From NCBI GenBank assembly GCA_030949985.1, contig JAUZRX010000027.1, positions 19,536 through 83,535 of the forward strand: a stretch of DNA of 64,000 bases, read 5' to 3'. The translations under genes were made by a program, and so were the position numbers. Shown here piece after piece: positions 37,969 through 46,766 of this stretch (positions are counted from its first letter, which is position 1; every line of letters starts with the position of its first letter). Under the pieces are notes generated by a model, which had not been told where the DNA came from, did no database searches, and was given only the letters and a program-made list of their open reading frames with translations. The DNA is from Acidobacteriota bacterium (GTDB lineage: Bacteria; Acidobacteriota; Polarisedimenticolia; J045).

Positions 37969-39951
37969 ATGTCGCGGAGGAGTTCTCCGAACATGCGGCA
38001 ATCCAGGACCGCTGCGCCTGCACCGGGCATCAGCCGGTGGCTTGAGCGGAGCCGTTTTCATCTCGTTACCATCGCCGTGCTCTTCAATCTCGTCATTTTC
38101 ACACTCACCCGACTCGGTCTGCTCCTTCAGAGTTGGAGCGAGATCCAACCGGCCCCCCTGGACCTGGTGGCTATTTTCGCTGTCGGACTGGTCTATGACC
38201 TGGCACTGAATAGTTACTGCGCCATCCCCTTCGTACTCTACCTGGTTTTCATCCCTCAACGGTTGTTTCGCAGCCCCCTCCATCGCTGGCTGATCTACGC
38301 TTTCTTCCTCGCCTACGCCTATGGCCTGCTCTTCACCCAAGTCGCAGAGTGGCTCTTTTGGGAAGAGTTCGGAGTGCGTTTCAACTTCATTTCCGTCGAC
38401 TACCTGGTCTACCGAAGAGAAGTGACGGACAACATCACCCAGTCCTATCCGGTGGGCCTGTTCCTTGAAGGCATCGCGCTGGCCACCCTGCTTGCAGCCC
38501 TGCTGATCCGCGGAGCTGTCCAACGCGCAGCGCGTGCCGATGAACCCTTTCCGAGGCGCGTGGCCATCGGAGTTGGCATTTTGTGCTTGCCCGCGGTCTC
38601 CTACCTCACCATCGGGCAATCTTTGCATGAAATCTCGGCCAATCGGTACGAAAACGAATTGGCCGTCAACGGGATCTACCAGTTCTTCCACGCTTTCGCC
38701 GCCAACGAACTCGACTACAGAACCTTCTATGTGACGCAGCCGGATGCCGAAACAGCCTCACGACTTCGGCATCTCGTCGAAGAGCCCGACGTTGAATTCA
38801 TAGGAAGCGCACCCCTTGACCTGCGACGTCGATTCCGGGGCCGCCCGGACGGCGGCCGGAGGCTCAACGTCATCCTCGTTGCGGTAGAGAGCCTCAGCGC
38901 CAAGTACCTGGGCTTCTTCGGTAATGAGCAGGGCATCACCCCCTACCTCGACGAGCTGGCGGAGCGATCGCTCGTCTTCACCAATTTCTATGCTACTGGC
39001 ACTCGAACGGCCCGCGGACTCGAGTCGATCACCCTATCCGTGCCACCCACGCCCGGCCGGTCCCTGCTCAAACGTCCGGCGAACGCCGGCCTGTTCTGCC
39101 TGGGCAGCGTCTTCCAGAACATGGGCTACGACACCAAGTTCCTCTACGGCGGACGCGGCTATTTCGACAACATGAACACTTTCTTCTCCCGCAACGGTTA
39201 CGGCGTCGTGGATATTTCGAGCGTACCGTCCGAGGAGATCAGTTTCGAGAATGCCTGGGGTATGGCCGACGAGGATCTCTTCCGCCGTACGATTTTCGAG
39301 GCAGACCGCGATTTCGAGCAGGGAAAGCCCTTCTTCTTTCAGGTCATGACCACGTCGAATCACCGCCCTTACACCTATCCGAAGGGGCGCATCGACATCC
39401 CCCCCGGAACCGGCCGGGCGGGAGCGGTCAAGTACGCCGACTACGCCTTACACCTGCTGCTGGCCGAATCGCGGTCACACCCCTGGTTCGCTGACACGGT
39501 TTTTGTGATCGTGGCGGATCACTGCGCGGGCAGCGCCGGCCGCTCGGCCCTTCCCCTGTTTCGCTACCACATCCCTCTTTTCATTTACGCACCGAGGTAT
39601 ATCGAGCCGCGGAAGATCGATACCCTGGCCTCCCAGATCGACATCGCCCCCACCCTGCTCGGCATCCTCGGCGTGCCCTACGAGAGTCGCTTCTTTGGCA
39701 AGAACATTCTGCGCATGCCGCCCGATCAGGGACGCGCCCTGATCGGCAACTACCAGAGGCTCGGTCTGTACCGCGACGGCAGGCTGGCCTACCTCTCGCC
39801 CAAGCAACGAATCGACGTGGTCGACCATCCGCTCCACGACCCTGTGGACCGCCGAACGGCCCTCCCCGCCGACCGCGCGCTGGTAGGCGACACGATTGCC
39901 TTCTACCAGGGCGCCAGCGACATTTTTCATCACCACCTCTACGACCGCTAG
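37969..39951 (+). CDS. LTA synthase / phosphoglycerol-transferase-like membrane sulfatase-family enzyme
   Basis: Five or so N-terminal TM segments, then an alkaline-phosphatase-superfamily domain (NVILVAVESLSAKY, YATGTRTARG, TTSNHRPY, VIVADHC). Confidence 0.75.
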   Translation: MSRRSSPNMRQSRTAAPAPGISRWLERSRFHLVTIAVLFNLVIFTLTRLGLLLQSWSEIQPAPLDLVAIFAVGLVYDLALNSYCAIPFVLYLVFIPQRLFRSPLHRWLIYAFFLAYAYGLLFTQVAEWLFWEEFGVRFNFISVDYLVYRREVTDNITQSYPVGLFLEGIALATLLAALLIRGAVQRAARADEPFPRRVAIGVGILCLPAVSYLTIGQSLHEISANRYENELAVNGIYQFFHAFAANELDYRTFYVTQPDAETASRLRHLVEEPDVEFIGSAPLDLRRRFRGRPDGGRRLNVILVAVESLSAKYLGFFGNEQGITPYLDELAERSLVFTNFYATGTRTARGLESITLSVPPTPGRSLLKRPANAGLFCLGSVFQNMGYDTKFLYGGRGYFDNMNTFFSRNGYGVVDISSVPSEEISFENAWGMADEDLFRRTIFEADRDFEQGKPFFFQVMTTSNHRPYTYPKGRIDIPPGTGRAGAVKYADYALHLLLAESRSHPWFADTVFVIVADHCAGSAGRSALPLFRYHIPLFIYAPRYIEPRKIDTLASQIDIAPTLLGILGVPYESRFFGKNILRMPPDQGRALIGNYQRLGLYRDGRLAYLSPKQRIDVVDHPLHDPVDRRTALPADRALVGDTIAFYQGASDIFHHHLYDR

Positions 39952-40073
39952 CAACTCTTCGACAGGGTCTTTTGCATGCAGAAGAACTGCCGACCGGCGG
40001 TTTTCGACGTATGAGACAATAGTGGGCGCCCCGAGCTTCGCAGAATCTCTTCACCTGCCCGAGAGGAGATGAG

Positions 40074-42080
40074 ATGCTCTCTTCCTCCGTTCCGTTCCGC
40101 CGTTTTCCCTTGTCCGTACCGCCCTCTCCGCGACCCCGTCTCCGCACGGTCTTTTGCCTGCTGCTGGCGGGAGTCGGCTTCCCACATGCCCAAGCCGGCT
40201 CGGCGTGCCCGGACGGCGATCGCGACTTCTACGCCGACTGCACGGTGGACGGCTGCACACCCACCCTACCCTGCGGCGACTGCCATGACGCCGACCCCGC
40301 GATTCATCCGGGTGTCGAAGAAAGGTGCGACCTCGTCGACAACGACTGCAATGGAGCCACGGACGAGGGGTTCGCCAAGGCTGAATCCCGGATCAAGTGG
40401 CTCGATCCCGGGCGACAGGACGGCGACGGCGCCGGCAGGGCCGTAGCCGGCCTGTCGGACGTGACCGGTGACGGTGTGCCGGATATCGCCATCGGGGCGA
40501 CACGCATCCCGATTACGGGTTCTCGGGACTCCGTGATGGTCGTGTCGGGAGCCGATCGTTCCTTGTGGTGCCGTATCATCGATCCCACCGGTACTTCCGA
40601 CTTCGGTGGCGCCGTGGCCGGGCTCGGCGACATCGATGGTGACGGCACCCCTGACTTGGCGGTCGGCAGGCCGTACGGGTCAGGCACGGTCTTTCTCTAC
40701 TCCGGTTCGGATTGCCGTGAGCTCGCCCGCTGCGAGGATGTCACCGCCGGCCGACTGGGCTTCTCTCTCGCATCCATTCCCGACCTCAACGGCGATGGTT
40801 TCCCCGAGATTCTCGCCGGGGCCATCCAGACCGACGTCGCAGACGTCAATGACGCCGGGCGCATCGACGTATTCAGTTTCGACGGCGGCGGGTGCGTACT
40901 TCACATGCAACTCGAGCTGCCCGAAGGCCAGACCAACGGCAATCTCGGTTCCGCCGTCGCGGCAGCTCCCGACATGACAGGTGATGGCGTCCCCGAGATC
41001 ATTGCCGGCGCGTGGGGCACCGTGGTCTCCAACCGGAACAGCGCCGGCAGCGTAGCGCTTTTTTCGGGGGCCGACGGGGCCTACATCCGGTCGATGACCG
41101 ATCCCCGGCCGGAAAATCAAGCCAATCTCGGACAGTCGGTCGCGGCGGTACCGGACATGGATGGCGACGGCACAGCGGAGATCGCCTCCGGGGCTCCGGG
41201 CTGGAACGGCGGCCGGGGCGCCGTACTTTTCTTCTCAGGCGCGGACGGCAGCCTCCTCTGCCGCGGGGAAGCCACACCCGGGCTGGCGAGCGGCAAGCTG
41301 GGGGAAGCCATCACCATGGTCGGTGACCTGGACGAAGACGGCACCGCGGATCTCGCCGCCGGGGCGCCCCATTCTTACCACAACGGCAAGGCTCGCGTCG
41401 GCATGGTGGCCGTGTTCTCGACCGCTCGATGTTCCATGGTGCGCGCCCTTTTCGACCGCGAAGCGATCGAAGGCGACAAGCTGGGAACGAGCGTCGATTC
41501 CTGCGGAGACATCAATGGGGACGGCGTTGACGACATCGTCGCCGGGGCGCCATACGTGGACCTTCCGGGCGAGATCGATGTCGGCGCCACATTCTTTTTC
41601 GTTCATGAATCGGACTGCGACGGCGACGGCTTCGGCCGCTGGGGCGGCGACTGTAACGACGATAGCGCGGCTGTTTATCCAACTCAAGTGGAGAGTTGCA
41701 TCGACGGCATCGACGACAATTGCGACGGACTGATCGATTGCCAGGACGCCTTCTTCTGCCCCCCCGGTCCCGGGCCCCTTCCCGGCGAGATCGCGAACCT
41801 CGTCCTGGCGGACGACAAACAGACCCTCGCCTGGGAAGCCGACCCGGTGGCCGATGTCTACGATCTTCTCCAGGGCCCTGTGGACGCATTGCTCGCGGCG
41901 GCTTCGTTCGATGACGCAGACTGCCTGGCCTGGCGGGTTCCCGGGACTTCCTATCAAGACCCCACGGTTCCCGACACCGGATTCGGCACCTACTACCTGG
42001 TTCGCGGCAAGGCAGACACCTGCCGAATCGGTAGCTGGGGTTCGACCTTGCGCGACCAAGCGCAGGGTGCGTGCCCCTGA
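40074..42080 (+). CDS. Secreted FG-GAP (integrin-alpha-like, 7-repeat propeller) protein flanked by Cys-rich putative metal-binding motifs
   Basis: Seven D.(D/N)GDG..(D/E)...GA units: GDVTGDGVPDIAIGA, GDIDGDGTPDLAVG, PDLNGDGFPEILAGA, PDMTGDGVPEIIAGA, PDMDGDGTAEIASGA, GDLDEDGTADLAAGA, GDINGDGVDDIVAGA. Cys-rich motifs CGDCHDADPAIHPGVEERCDLVDNDCNG and DCNDDSAAVYPTQVESCIDGIDDNCDG. Confidence 0.8.
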   Translation: MLSSSVPFRRFPLSVPPSPRPRLRTVFCLLLAGVGFPHAQAGSACPDGDRDFYADCTVDGCTPTLPCGDCHDADPAIHPGVEERCDLVDNDCNGATDEGFAKAESRIKWLDPGRQDGDGAGRAVAGLSDVTGDGVPDIAIGATRIPITGSRDSVMVVSGADRSLWCRIIDPTGTSDFGGAVAGLGDIDGDGTPDLAVGRPYGSGTVFLYSGSDCRELARCEDVTAGRLGFSLASIPDLNGDGFPEILAGAIQTDVADVNDAGRIDVFSFDGGGCVLHMQLELPEGQTNGNLGSAVAAAPDMTGDGVPEIIAGAWGTVVSNRNSAGSVALFSGADGAYIRSMTDPRPENQANLGQSVAAVPDMDGDGTAEIASGAPGWNGGRGAVLFFSGADGSLLCRGEATPGLASGKLGEAITMVGDLDEDGTADLAAGAPHSYHNGKARVGMVAVFSTARCSMVRALFDREAIEGDKLGTSVDSCGDINGDGVDDIVAGAPYVDLPGEIDVGATFFFVHESDCDGDGFGRWGGDCNDDSAAVYPTQVESCIDGIDDNCDGLIDCQDAFFCPPGPGPLPGEIANLVLADDKQTLAWEADPVADVYDLLQGPVDALLAAASFDDADCLAWRVPGTSYQDPTVPDTGFGTYYLVRGKADTCRIGSWGSTLRDQAQGACP

Positions 42081-42085
42081 TTTCG

Positions 42086-42542
42086 GCTATGTGCAGCTAG
42101 ACGTTTCACCAGCGCCTGGACATCCACCGCCCGGAATGCGCCGGGAGCGTTCCGCGAGAAACATCCCTCAACCCCGCAACCGTAGACGCCCGCCACAGGC
42201 AGTTCCAGGTCCAATTCCCAGCCGCCAGGATCGGCTACCGGGTTTGGATGCCGCAGCTCGACGCATGCGCCAGTGGAGCCCGGGGCCAGACGCTTACGAC
42301 AGCGGTGCAGGCTGGGCACTCCGATTCGCTCCTGCCGGCAAAAGGCCCTGACACCCAGCTTCGAAGCCTCGAAGTTTCCCGGAATTTCTCGCCACTCGTC
42401 CTCGCTACGGCGGACACACCGGGCACGCTCACTCGCCATCGTTGGCCTCCTCATTTCAACATCCGTAGGCGGATGAAAAGTCAGAGGCTCTTGTAGCCGG
42501 GTCCGAAGCACCTGGGAAGAACGCCGATTTTCGACCGCTTAC
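42086..42542 (-). mobile_element. tnpA: IS66-family left end plus tnpA (Orf1) only; element truncated after tnpA
   Basis: The minus strand reads GTAAGCGGTCGAAAATCGG... from 42542 (an IS66-type terminal GTAAGCG, as I recall the family). GAGGAGG RBS, then ATG at 42439 gives MASERARCVRRSEDEWREIPGNFEASKLGVRAFCRQERIGVPSLHRCRKRL (HTH-like IS66 Orf1 pattern). No tnpB or tnpC follows. Confidence 0.55.
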
Positions 42543-42569
42543 GTAACCCCTTTGAAAACAAGGTGAAAT

Positions 42570-42621
42570 AAAAAACCCGTCGTCCCGGAGAAGACCTGCG
42601 GAGAGACGGGTTGTCTTTTTT
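42570..42621. terminator. Bidirectional rho-independent terminator downstream of ssrA
   Basis: AAAAAACCCGTC...GACGGGTTGTCTTTTTT. AACCCGTC/GACGGGTT stem with A-run and T-run flanks. Confidence 0.75.
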
Positions 42622-42625
42622 CAAA

Positions 42626-42980
42626 TGGTGGAGGCGGCGGGAATCGAACCCGCGTCCGAGGAGGGTCCACGTCGGGCTTCTACACGCTTAGCCGCTTCAT
42701 TTGGGTTCTCGCGGTGGGCGCCGCCGAAGGGCAGGCTGCGCTACCGCCAGCCCGTTGTTCTCACCGAAGGCCGCTGGGCCGGCAACCTTCTGGCCAGCTC
42801 GCGTCAATTGACGCCCCGATTCCCCCCCGCGAGCCGGGAGGAGGGGGCGGGCAGCCTTCTTAGGCAGCCAGAGCGTAGTCGTTGTTGGCGACTATTTTCG
42901 TTTCCCGGGGATTAACGAGGGCCAGGAAACCTCGGCGTGCCACCCGCGCTTTCCACACCCCGTCGAAACCGATCGCCCCC
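42626..42980 (-). ncRNA. ssrA: tmRNA (SsrA), 355 nt, tag peptide ANNDYALAA
   Basis: The minus strand starts GGGGGCGATCGGTTTCGACGGGG and ends GCGGGTTCGATTCCCGCCGCCTCCACCA (tRNA-Ala-like acceptor/T-arm). The internal ORF ATAGTC GCC AAC AAC GAC TAC GCT CTG GCT GCC TAA lies at 42860-42889. Confidence 0.95.
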
Positions 42981-43088
42981 ACGTATGGAGAAAAATAAGC
43001 GAAAGCTGCGGCAGGGCACCAGCGCGGCTTGCTTCATTGATTATGCCCTATCTCGGCCGCAATTCGAGCGGGCGGTCCGGCAGGCCGC

Positions 43089-43361
43089 CTACTTGCGAAC
43101 GAACCTGAGAAAGACCCGGTACTCGCCGCTGTCCAGATTCTCGGGCAGCTTGTAGGCCTCGGGCACCAGTACCACCAGCACCCTGGCGCCGGGCGGATCG
43201 GTGCCCTGGTCCCGGCGCCGCTCCTCGCCCTCGACGGCGTCCCGGTTGCGTCGCCGCGGCTCACGCATGTGGAGCACGCGGGCCTCGATACCCAGGCTTT
43301 GGGTGACGTTCTTCTCGGTGGACGAGTTGGTCCGGGGAATGCGCCCTACGACAAAGTCCAT
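43089..43361 (-). CDS. Hypothetical 90-aa protein behind a sigma-28-like promoter
   Basis: Only the last 90 codons of track ORF 43089..44123 are supported. ATG at 43361 is preceded by GAGAGG. MDFVVGRIPRTNSSTEKNVTQ...GEYRVFLRFVRK. No family recognised. Confidence 0.45.
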   Translation of the reverse strand: MDFVVGRIPRTNSSTEKNVTQSLGIEARVLHMREPRRRNRDAVEGEERRRDQGTDPPGARVLVVLVPEAYKLPENLDSGEYRVFLRFVRK

Positions 43362-43380
43362 CTTGGCCTCTCGCCATTTC

Positions 43381-43407
43381 TTATCGGCCGCGGATGGACG
43401 AACTGAA
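43381..43407 (-). promoter_or_regulatory. Sigma-28 (FliA)-type promoter candidate for the 90-aa ORF
   Basis: The minus strand reads TTCAGTTC-N11-GCCGATAA. The -10 element is 8/8 and the -35 element 5/8 against TAAAGTTT-N11-GCCGATAA. The -10 ends 19 nt before the ATG. Confidence 0.5.
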
Positions 43408-43499
43408 CGCCGCCGACCGGTCCCGATCGGGACCCGCGAGCTTGCCGAACGCGTCCGAACACCTGAGGTACGAACATCACGATTCCCGACCCCTCCGGG

Positions 43500-43526
43500 T
43501 GAAGTTTTCCCGGCCGCGGCCGATAG
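43500..43526 (+). promoter_or_regulatory. Sigma-28 (FliA)-type promoter for motA-motB-fliL
   Basis: TGAAGTTT-N11-GCCGATAG, 14/16 against the enterobacterial consensus TAAAGTTT-N11-GCCGATAA with exact spacing. It lies 40 nt upstream of the motA GTG. Confidence 0.65.
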
Positions 43527-43566
43527 AAGAGATGTAGCGGGGCCTGCGTGCCCGGGAGAGAGTTGC

Positions 43567-44334
43567 GTGGACATCTCGACAGTCATCGGCCTGGTGATCG
43601 GCACTGCCCTGGTCGTGATCGCTATTGTCATCGGCGACGACCCGACGATTTTCATCGATAGCAAATCGGCCCTGATCGTCGTCGGCGGCACCCTCGGGGT
43701 GACCTTCATCAAGAATTCTCTCAATCGCGTTTTCGGCACGATCGGCGTGGTGAAGAACGCTTTCTTCGGCAAGGTGACCCCCATCGACTCGCTGATCGAA
43801 AGCATCGTCGAACTGTCCCGCAAGGCCCGGCGCGAGAGCCTGCTCTCTCTCGAGAAAGTCGAAATCGAAGACCCGTTTCTGGCCAAGGCCGTGCGCCTGG
43901 CGGTGGACGGCATGGAGCCCGCCGCGATCCGGACGGTGCTAGAAACGGAGGTCGCCTTCCTCCAGCAGCGGCACAAGATCGGCGCCGACATTCTCGACGG
44001 CATGGCCTCCTCCGCACCCGCCTTCGGCATGGTCGGCACGCTGATCGGCCTGGTGCAGATGCTCGCCTCCATGGAAGACCCCAGCACTATCGGCCCGTCC
44101 ATGGCCGTCGCGATCCTGACCACGCTCTACGGCGCGTTGATCGCCAACCTCTTCTGCCAGCCCCTGGCCGAGAAGCTCAAGAACCGCAGCCGTGAGGAGG
44201 TCAACACCCGCCTGGTCGTCGTCCAGGGCGTGCTCTCCATCGTCGAGGGCGATCACCCCGCCTCGGTCGAACAAAAGCTCGCCGCCTATCTCGATCCCAA
44301 GATGCGCAAGGACGGCGAGAAGAAAGCCGCCTGA
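43567..44334 (+). CDS. motA: Flagellar stator protein MotA/PomA
   Basis: VDISTVIGLVIGTALVVIAIVIG...APAFGMVGTLIGLV...ILTTLYGALIANL, the MotA/TolQ/ExbB channel signature. GTG at 43567 preceded by GGGAGAG. Confidence 0.85.
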   Translation: MDISTVIGLVIGTALVVIAIVIGDDPTIFIDSKSALIVVGGTLGVTFIKNSLNRVFGTIGVVKNAFFGKVTPIDSLIESIVELSRKARRESLLSLEKVEIEDPFLAKAVRLAVDGMEPAAIRTVLETEVAFLQQRHKIGADILDGMASSAPAFGMVGTLIGLVQMLASMEDPSTIGPSMAVAILTTLYGALIANLFCQPLAEKLKNRSREEVNTRLVVVQGVLSIVEGDHPASVEQKLAAYLDPKMRKDGEKKAA

Positions 44335-44348
44335 ACCGGAGCCCCCGC

Positions 44349-45047
44349 ATGTCGTGCCCCCAGCAACAGGAAGAATGCAAAGAAGGAGCCCCTGAATGGG
44401 TCGTGACCTTCGGCGACATGATGACGCTCCTGCTCTGTTTCTTCGTTCTTCTACTCAGCTTCTCCACCATGGAAACCGAGCGCTTCAAGATCGTCGCCGG
44501 GTACATTCGCGAGGCATTCGGCGTGCAGATGAACAGGCGCTATACCGAGATCCCCTCGGGTGACACCGTCGTCACCGTGGAATTCAACCCGCCGTCGTTG
44601 AGCAACACCACGATTTACGAGCAGATCGTCGATCTGCTCGAGAGCCTACAACTCGACCAAATGGCCAACGCGGAAATGGAAGCCGACGGTGTACGGTTGC
44701 GCCTCGACGGCGAGCTGGTCTTCAAGCCGGGAAGCGCGCAACTGACCGACGAGTCCAAGCTCTTCCTGGACTACGTAGCCGAGACGGTCCTCAACGCCAA
44801 CGCCTCAGTCAGGATCGAGGGGCACACTGACAACGCGCCCATCAAGTCCAAGATATACCCCAGCAACTGGGAACTCAGCGGAGCGCGTGCTTCCGCCGTC
44901 GTGCGATATCTCGAGTCTCGGGGAGTTCCAGGCGCTTACCTCGAAGCGGTCGCCTTTGGCGACACGCGGCCGATTACCGAGAACTACACCGAGGAAGGTC
45001 GGCGCAAGAACCGTCGCGTCGAGTTGTTGATCGAACCGCCGAAATAG
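44349..45047 (+). CDS. motB: Flagellar stator protein MotB (OmpA-like peptidoglycan-binding C-terminus)
   Basis: APEWVVTFGDMMTLLLCFFVLLLSFS (conserved Asp in the TM region). GHTDN...SNWELSGARA...RRKNRRVELLI. Confidence 0.85.
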   Translation: MSCPQQQEECKEGAPEWVVTFGDMMTLLLCFFVLLLSFSTMETERFKIVAGYIREAFGVQMNRRYTEIPSGDTVVTVEFNPPSLSNTTIYEQIVDLLESLQLDQMANAEMEADGVRLRLDGELVFKPGSAQLTDESKLFLDYVAETVLNANASVRIEGHTDNAPIKSKIYPSNWELSGARASAVVRYLESRGVPGAYLEAVAFGDTRPITENYTEEGRRKNRRVELLIEPPK

Positions 45048-45072
45048 GCTTCGGCTCCAGGGAGCATGGATC

Positions 45073-45576
45073 ATGGCAGACGAGAAGAAGGAACAGGAAG
45101 AACAAACGCCGAAAAAAGGCAAGATGGGCCTGATCATCATCATCGCGGTGGCGGCACTGGTCGTCCTCGGAGGCGGTGGTGCAGCAATGATGTTCATGAT
45201 GGGCGGCAGTGAAACCCCGGCGGCGGAGTCTGAAACGGGGGCCGCACCCGCAAAGGCCGAGGAACAGTTCTACCTCGCGACTCTCGACACCTTCGTGGTC
45301 AATCTTGCCGATCCCAAGGGTGACCGGTTCATGAAAGCGACTCTCCGCGTGGTGGTCACCGACCCCTCTCTGGGGGACCGCATCCGGTCCGATGACCTCT
45401 TCCGGGCCCGCCTGCGTGACAAGACGCTTTCCATCCTCTCATCCAAGCAGTTCAAGGATGTCAGCTCTCCCCTCGGCAAGGAATCCCTGCGGCGCGAGCT
45501 GACCCGGGAGTTCTCCCAGATCTTTCCTCCCGGCTCGGTCAAGGAAGTACTCTTCGTCGAATTCATCATCCAGTAG
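45073..45576 (+). CDS. fliL: Flagellar basal-body-associated protein FliL
   Basis: Single N-terminal TM. FYLATLDTFVVNLADPKGDRFMKATLRVVV and EVLFVEFIIQ are typical of FliL. Confidence 0.8.
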   Translation: MADEKKEQEEQTPKKGKMGLIIIIAVAALVVLGGGGAAMMFMMGGSETPAAESETGAAPAKAEEQFYLATLDTFVVNLADPKGDRFMKATLRVVVTDPSLGDRIRSDDLFRARLRDKTLSILSSKQFKDVSSPLGKESLRRELTREFSQIFPPGSVKEVLFVEFIIQ

Positions 45577-45595
45577 CGCCGCATCGACTCAGGCG

Positions 45596-45624
45596 AAAAG
45601 GGGCGCCCCCGGGCGCCCCTTTTC
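45596..45624. terminator. Bidirectional rho-independent terminator between convergent fliL and HDOD genes
   Basis: AAAAGGGGCGCCC-CC-GGGCGCCCCTTTT, a perfect GC-rich stem with A/T runs on both sides. Confidence 0.85.
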
Positions 45625-45645
45625 CTTCTCATCCCCGGGCACAGT

Positions 45646-46482
45646 TCACAGGGTCAGCAGTTCTCCGCGCTCTTCGTGGACCGTCTCCATCGTTTCGTCC
45701 CGCAGCTGCCCGAGTTGAGCCGTGTCGAACCCCAGACGCGTTGCCGCCAGCCCGCAAGCCTCCAGGGCGGTCCCGTGACTCATCATGCGATCCGCCAGCG
45801 CCACGAGCGCCACCAGCGCGCCATGCTCGCTTTCCTCGAACTCATCGCCATGGTGCCCGCCGACCGCGGCGACCAGTTGGGGAGCCAGATTCCAATTCCC
45901 GAGCAGCAAGCGGCCTACCTGCTGATGATCCAGGCCCAGGCGCTCACGCTCCTGCTCGGGCTCGGGCAGTTCTCCCTCGCAGGACTGCAGCATCGCGACG
46001 TAGGCGTCGGGCTCGCAAACCAGCAGGATCATGCTCCCGGTGTCGTGCAGCAGGCCGGCGACAAAGGCCTCCTCGCTCCAGGCCAGGTTGGCCTTGACCG
46101 ACAGGGCCCTCGCCGCCACGGCGACGTTGACCGAATGCTCCCAGACGGCATCCCGCGCCTGGGCCGCGGCGGGAGGGATCAACTCCTTGAGGCCCGCTAC
46201 CACGCTGGCCAGCGTCAGCGAGCGCAGACGCAGGAAGCCGAGGAGCATGATCGCGTGAGAAAGAGTCGTGATGCGTTGTGGGAGGTTGAAAAGCGCGGAG
46301 TTGACCAGACGGAGAACAGAGGTCGTCAAACCCGGATCGGTCTCGATGACCTTGCGCAAATCCTCCCCCGTGGTTTCCTTCTCGTTGAGCAGCCTCAGAA
46401 CTTTCGAGGCCGCCGCCGGCATCGGTGGCAGTTCCCCGATCCTCGAAGCCACCTGGTCGGGGGTCAGGGTGGTCATGGGCAT
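45646..46482 (-). CDS. HDOD domain-containing protein, last gene of the flagellar late operon
   Basis: LPPMPAAASKVLRLLNEKETTGEDLRKVIETDPGLTTSVLRLVNSALFNLPQRITTLSHAIMLLGFLRL and LLHDTGS. ATG at 46482 shares one base with the csrA TGA. Confidence 0.8.
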   Translation of the reverse strand: MPMTTLTPDQVASRIGELPPMPAAASKVLRLLNEKETTGEDLRKVIETDPGLTTSVLRLVNSALFNLPQRITTLSHAIMLLGFLRLRSLTLASVVAGLKELIPPAAAQARDAVWEHSVNVAVAARALSVKANLAWSEEAFVAGLLHDTGSMILLVCEPDAYVAMLQSCEGELPEPEQERERLGLDHQQVGRLLLGNWNLAPQLVAAVGGHHGDEFEESEHGALVALVALADRMMSHGTALEACGLAATRLGFDTAQLGQLRDETMETVHEERGELLTL

Positions 46483-46766
46483 CACAAGTCCTCTTGGCTG
46501 TTCTCGGAAGTTTCTCCGCCATCGACATCTTCCTGCTGCCGGAGCAAGGAGGCGAGTCCCGCGATGGCCTCGGGAACGCCCTGGCCGCGCGCGGACTCGA
46601 TATTGGCCGCAGCCACCTGGCGGTGGATTTCTTCACGGACGATCGAAACACCATCCGGCGCCTCGATGCCGATCCGGACGTGCTGCCCCCGGACATCGAC
46701 GACCTTCACCTGGACCTCCTCTCCTATGATCAGCGACTGGCCGACTTTTCGGCTGAGCACGAGCAT
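46482..46766 (-). CDS. csrA: Carbon storage regulator CsrA with extended acidic C-terminal tail (94 aa)
   Basis: MLVLSRKVGQSLIIGEEVQVKVVDVRGQHVRIGIEAPDGVSIVREEI. AAGGAGG RBS before ATG 46766. The tail is ...LLRQQEDVDGGETSENSQEDL. Confidence 0.9.
   Translation of the reverse strand: MLVLSRKVGQSLIIGEEVQVKVVDVRGQHVRIGIEAPDGVSIVREEIHRQVAAANIESARGQGVPEAIAGLASLLRQQEDVDGGETSENSQEDL

Noticed and set aside
42625-42915. 96-aa plus-strand ORF
   Set aside because: Lies entirely within and antisense to the tmRNA gene.
43089-43361. PilZ domain in the 90-aa ORF (RRRNR looks like RxxxR)
   Set aside because: The second PilZ motif (D/N)xSxxG is absent. NLDSGEY does not fit, and the spacing is wrong.
43362-44123. 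Upstream 254 codons of minus-strand ORF 43089..44123
   Set aside because: Antisense to motA and lacking features. Only the terminal 90 codons, which have their own RBS, ATG and sigma-28-like promoter, are retained.
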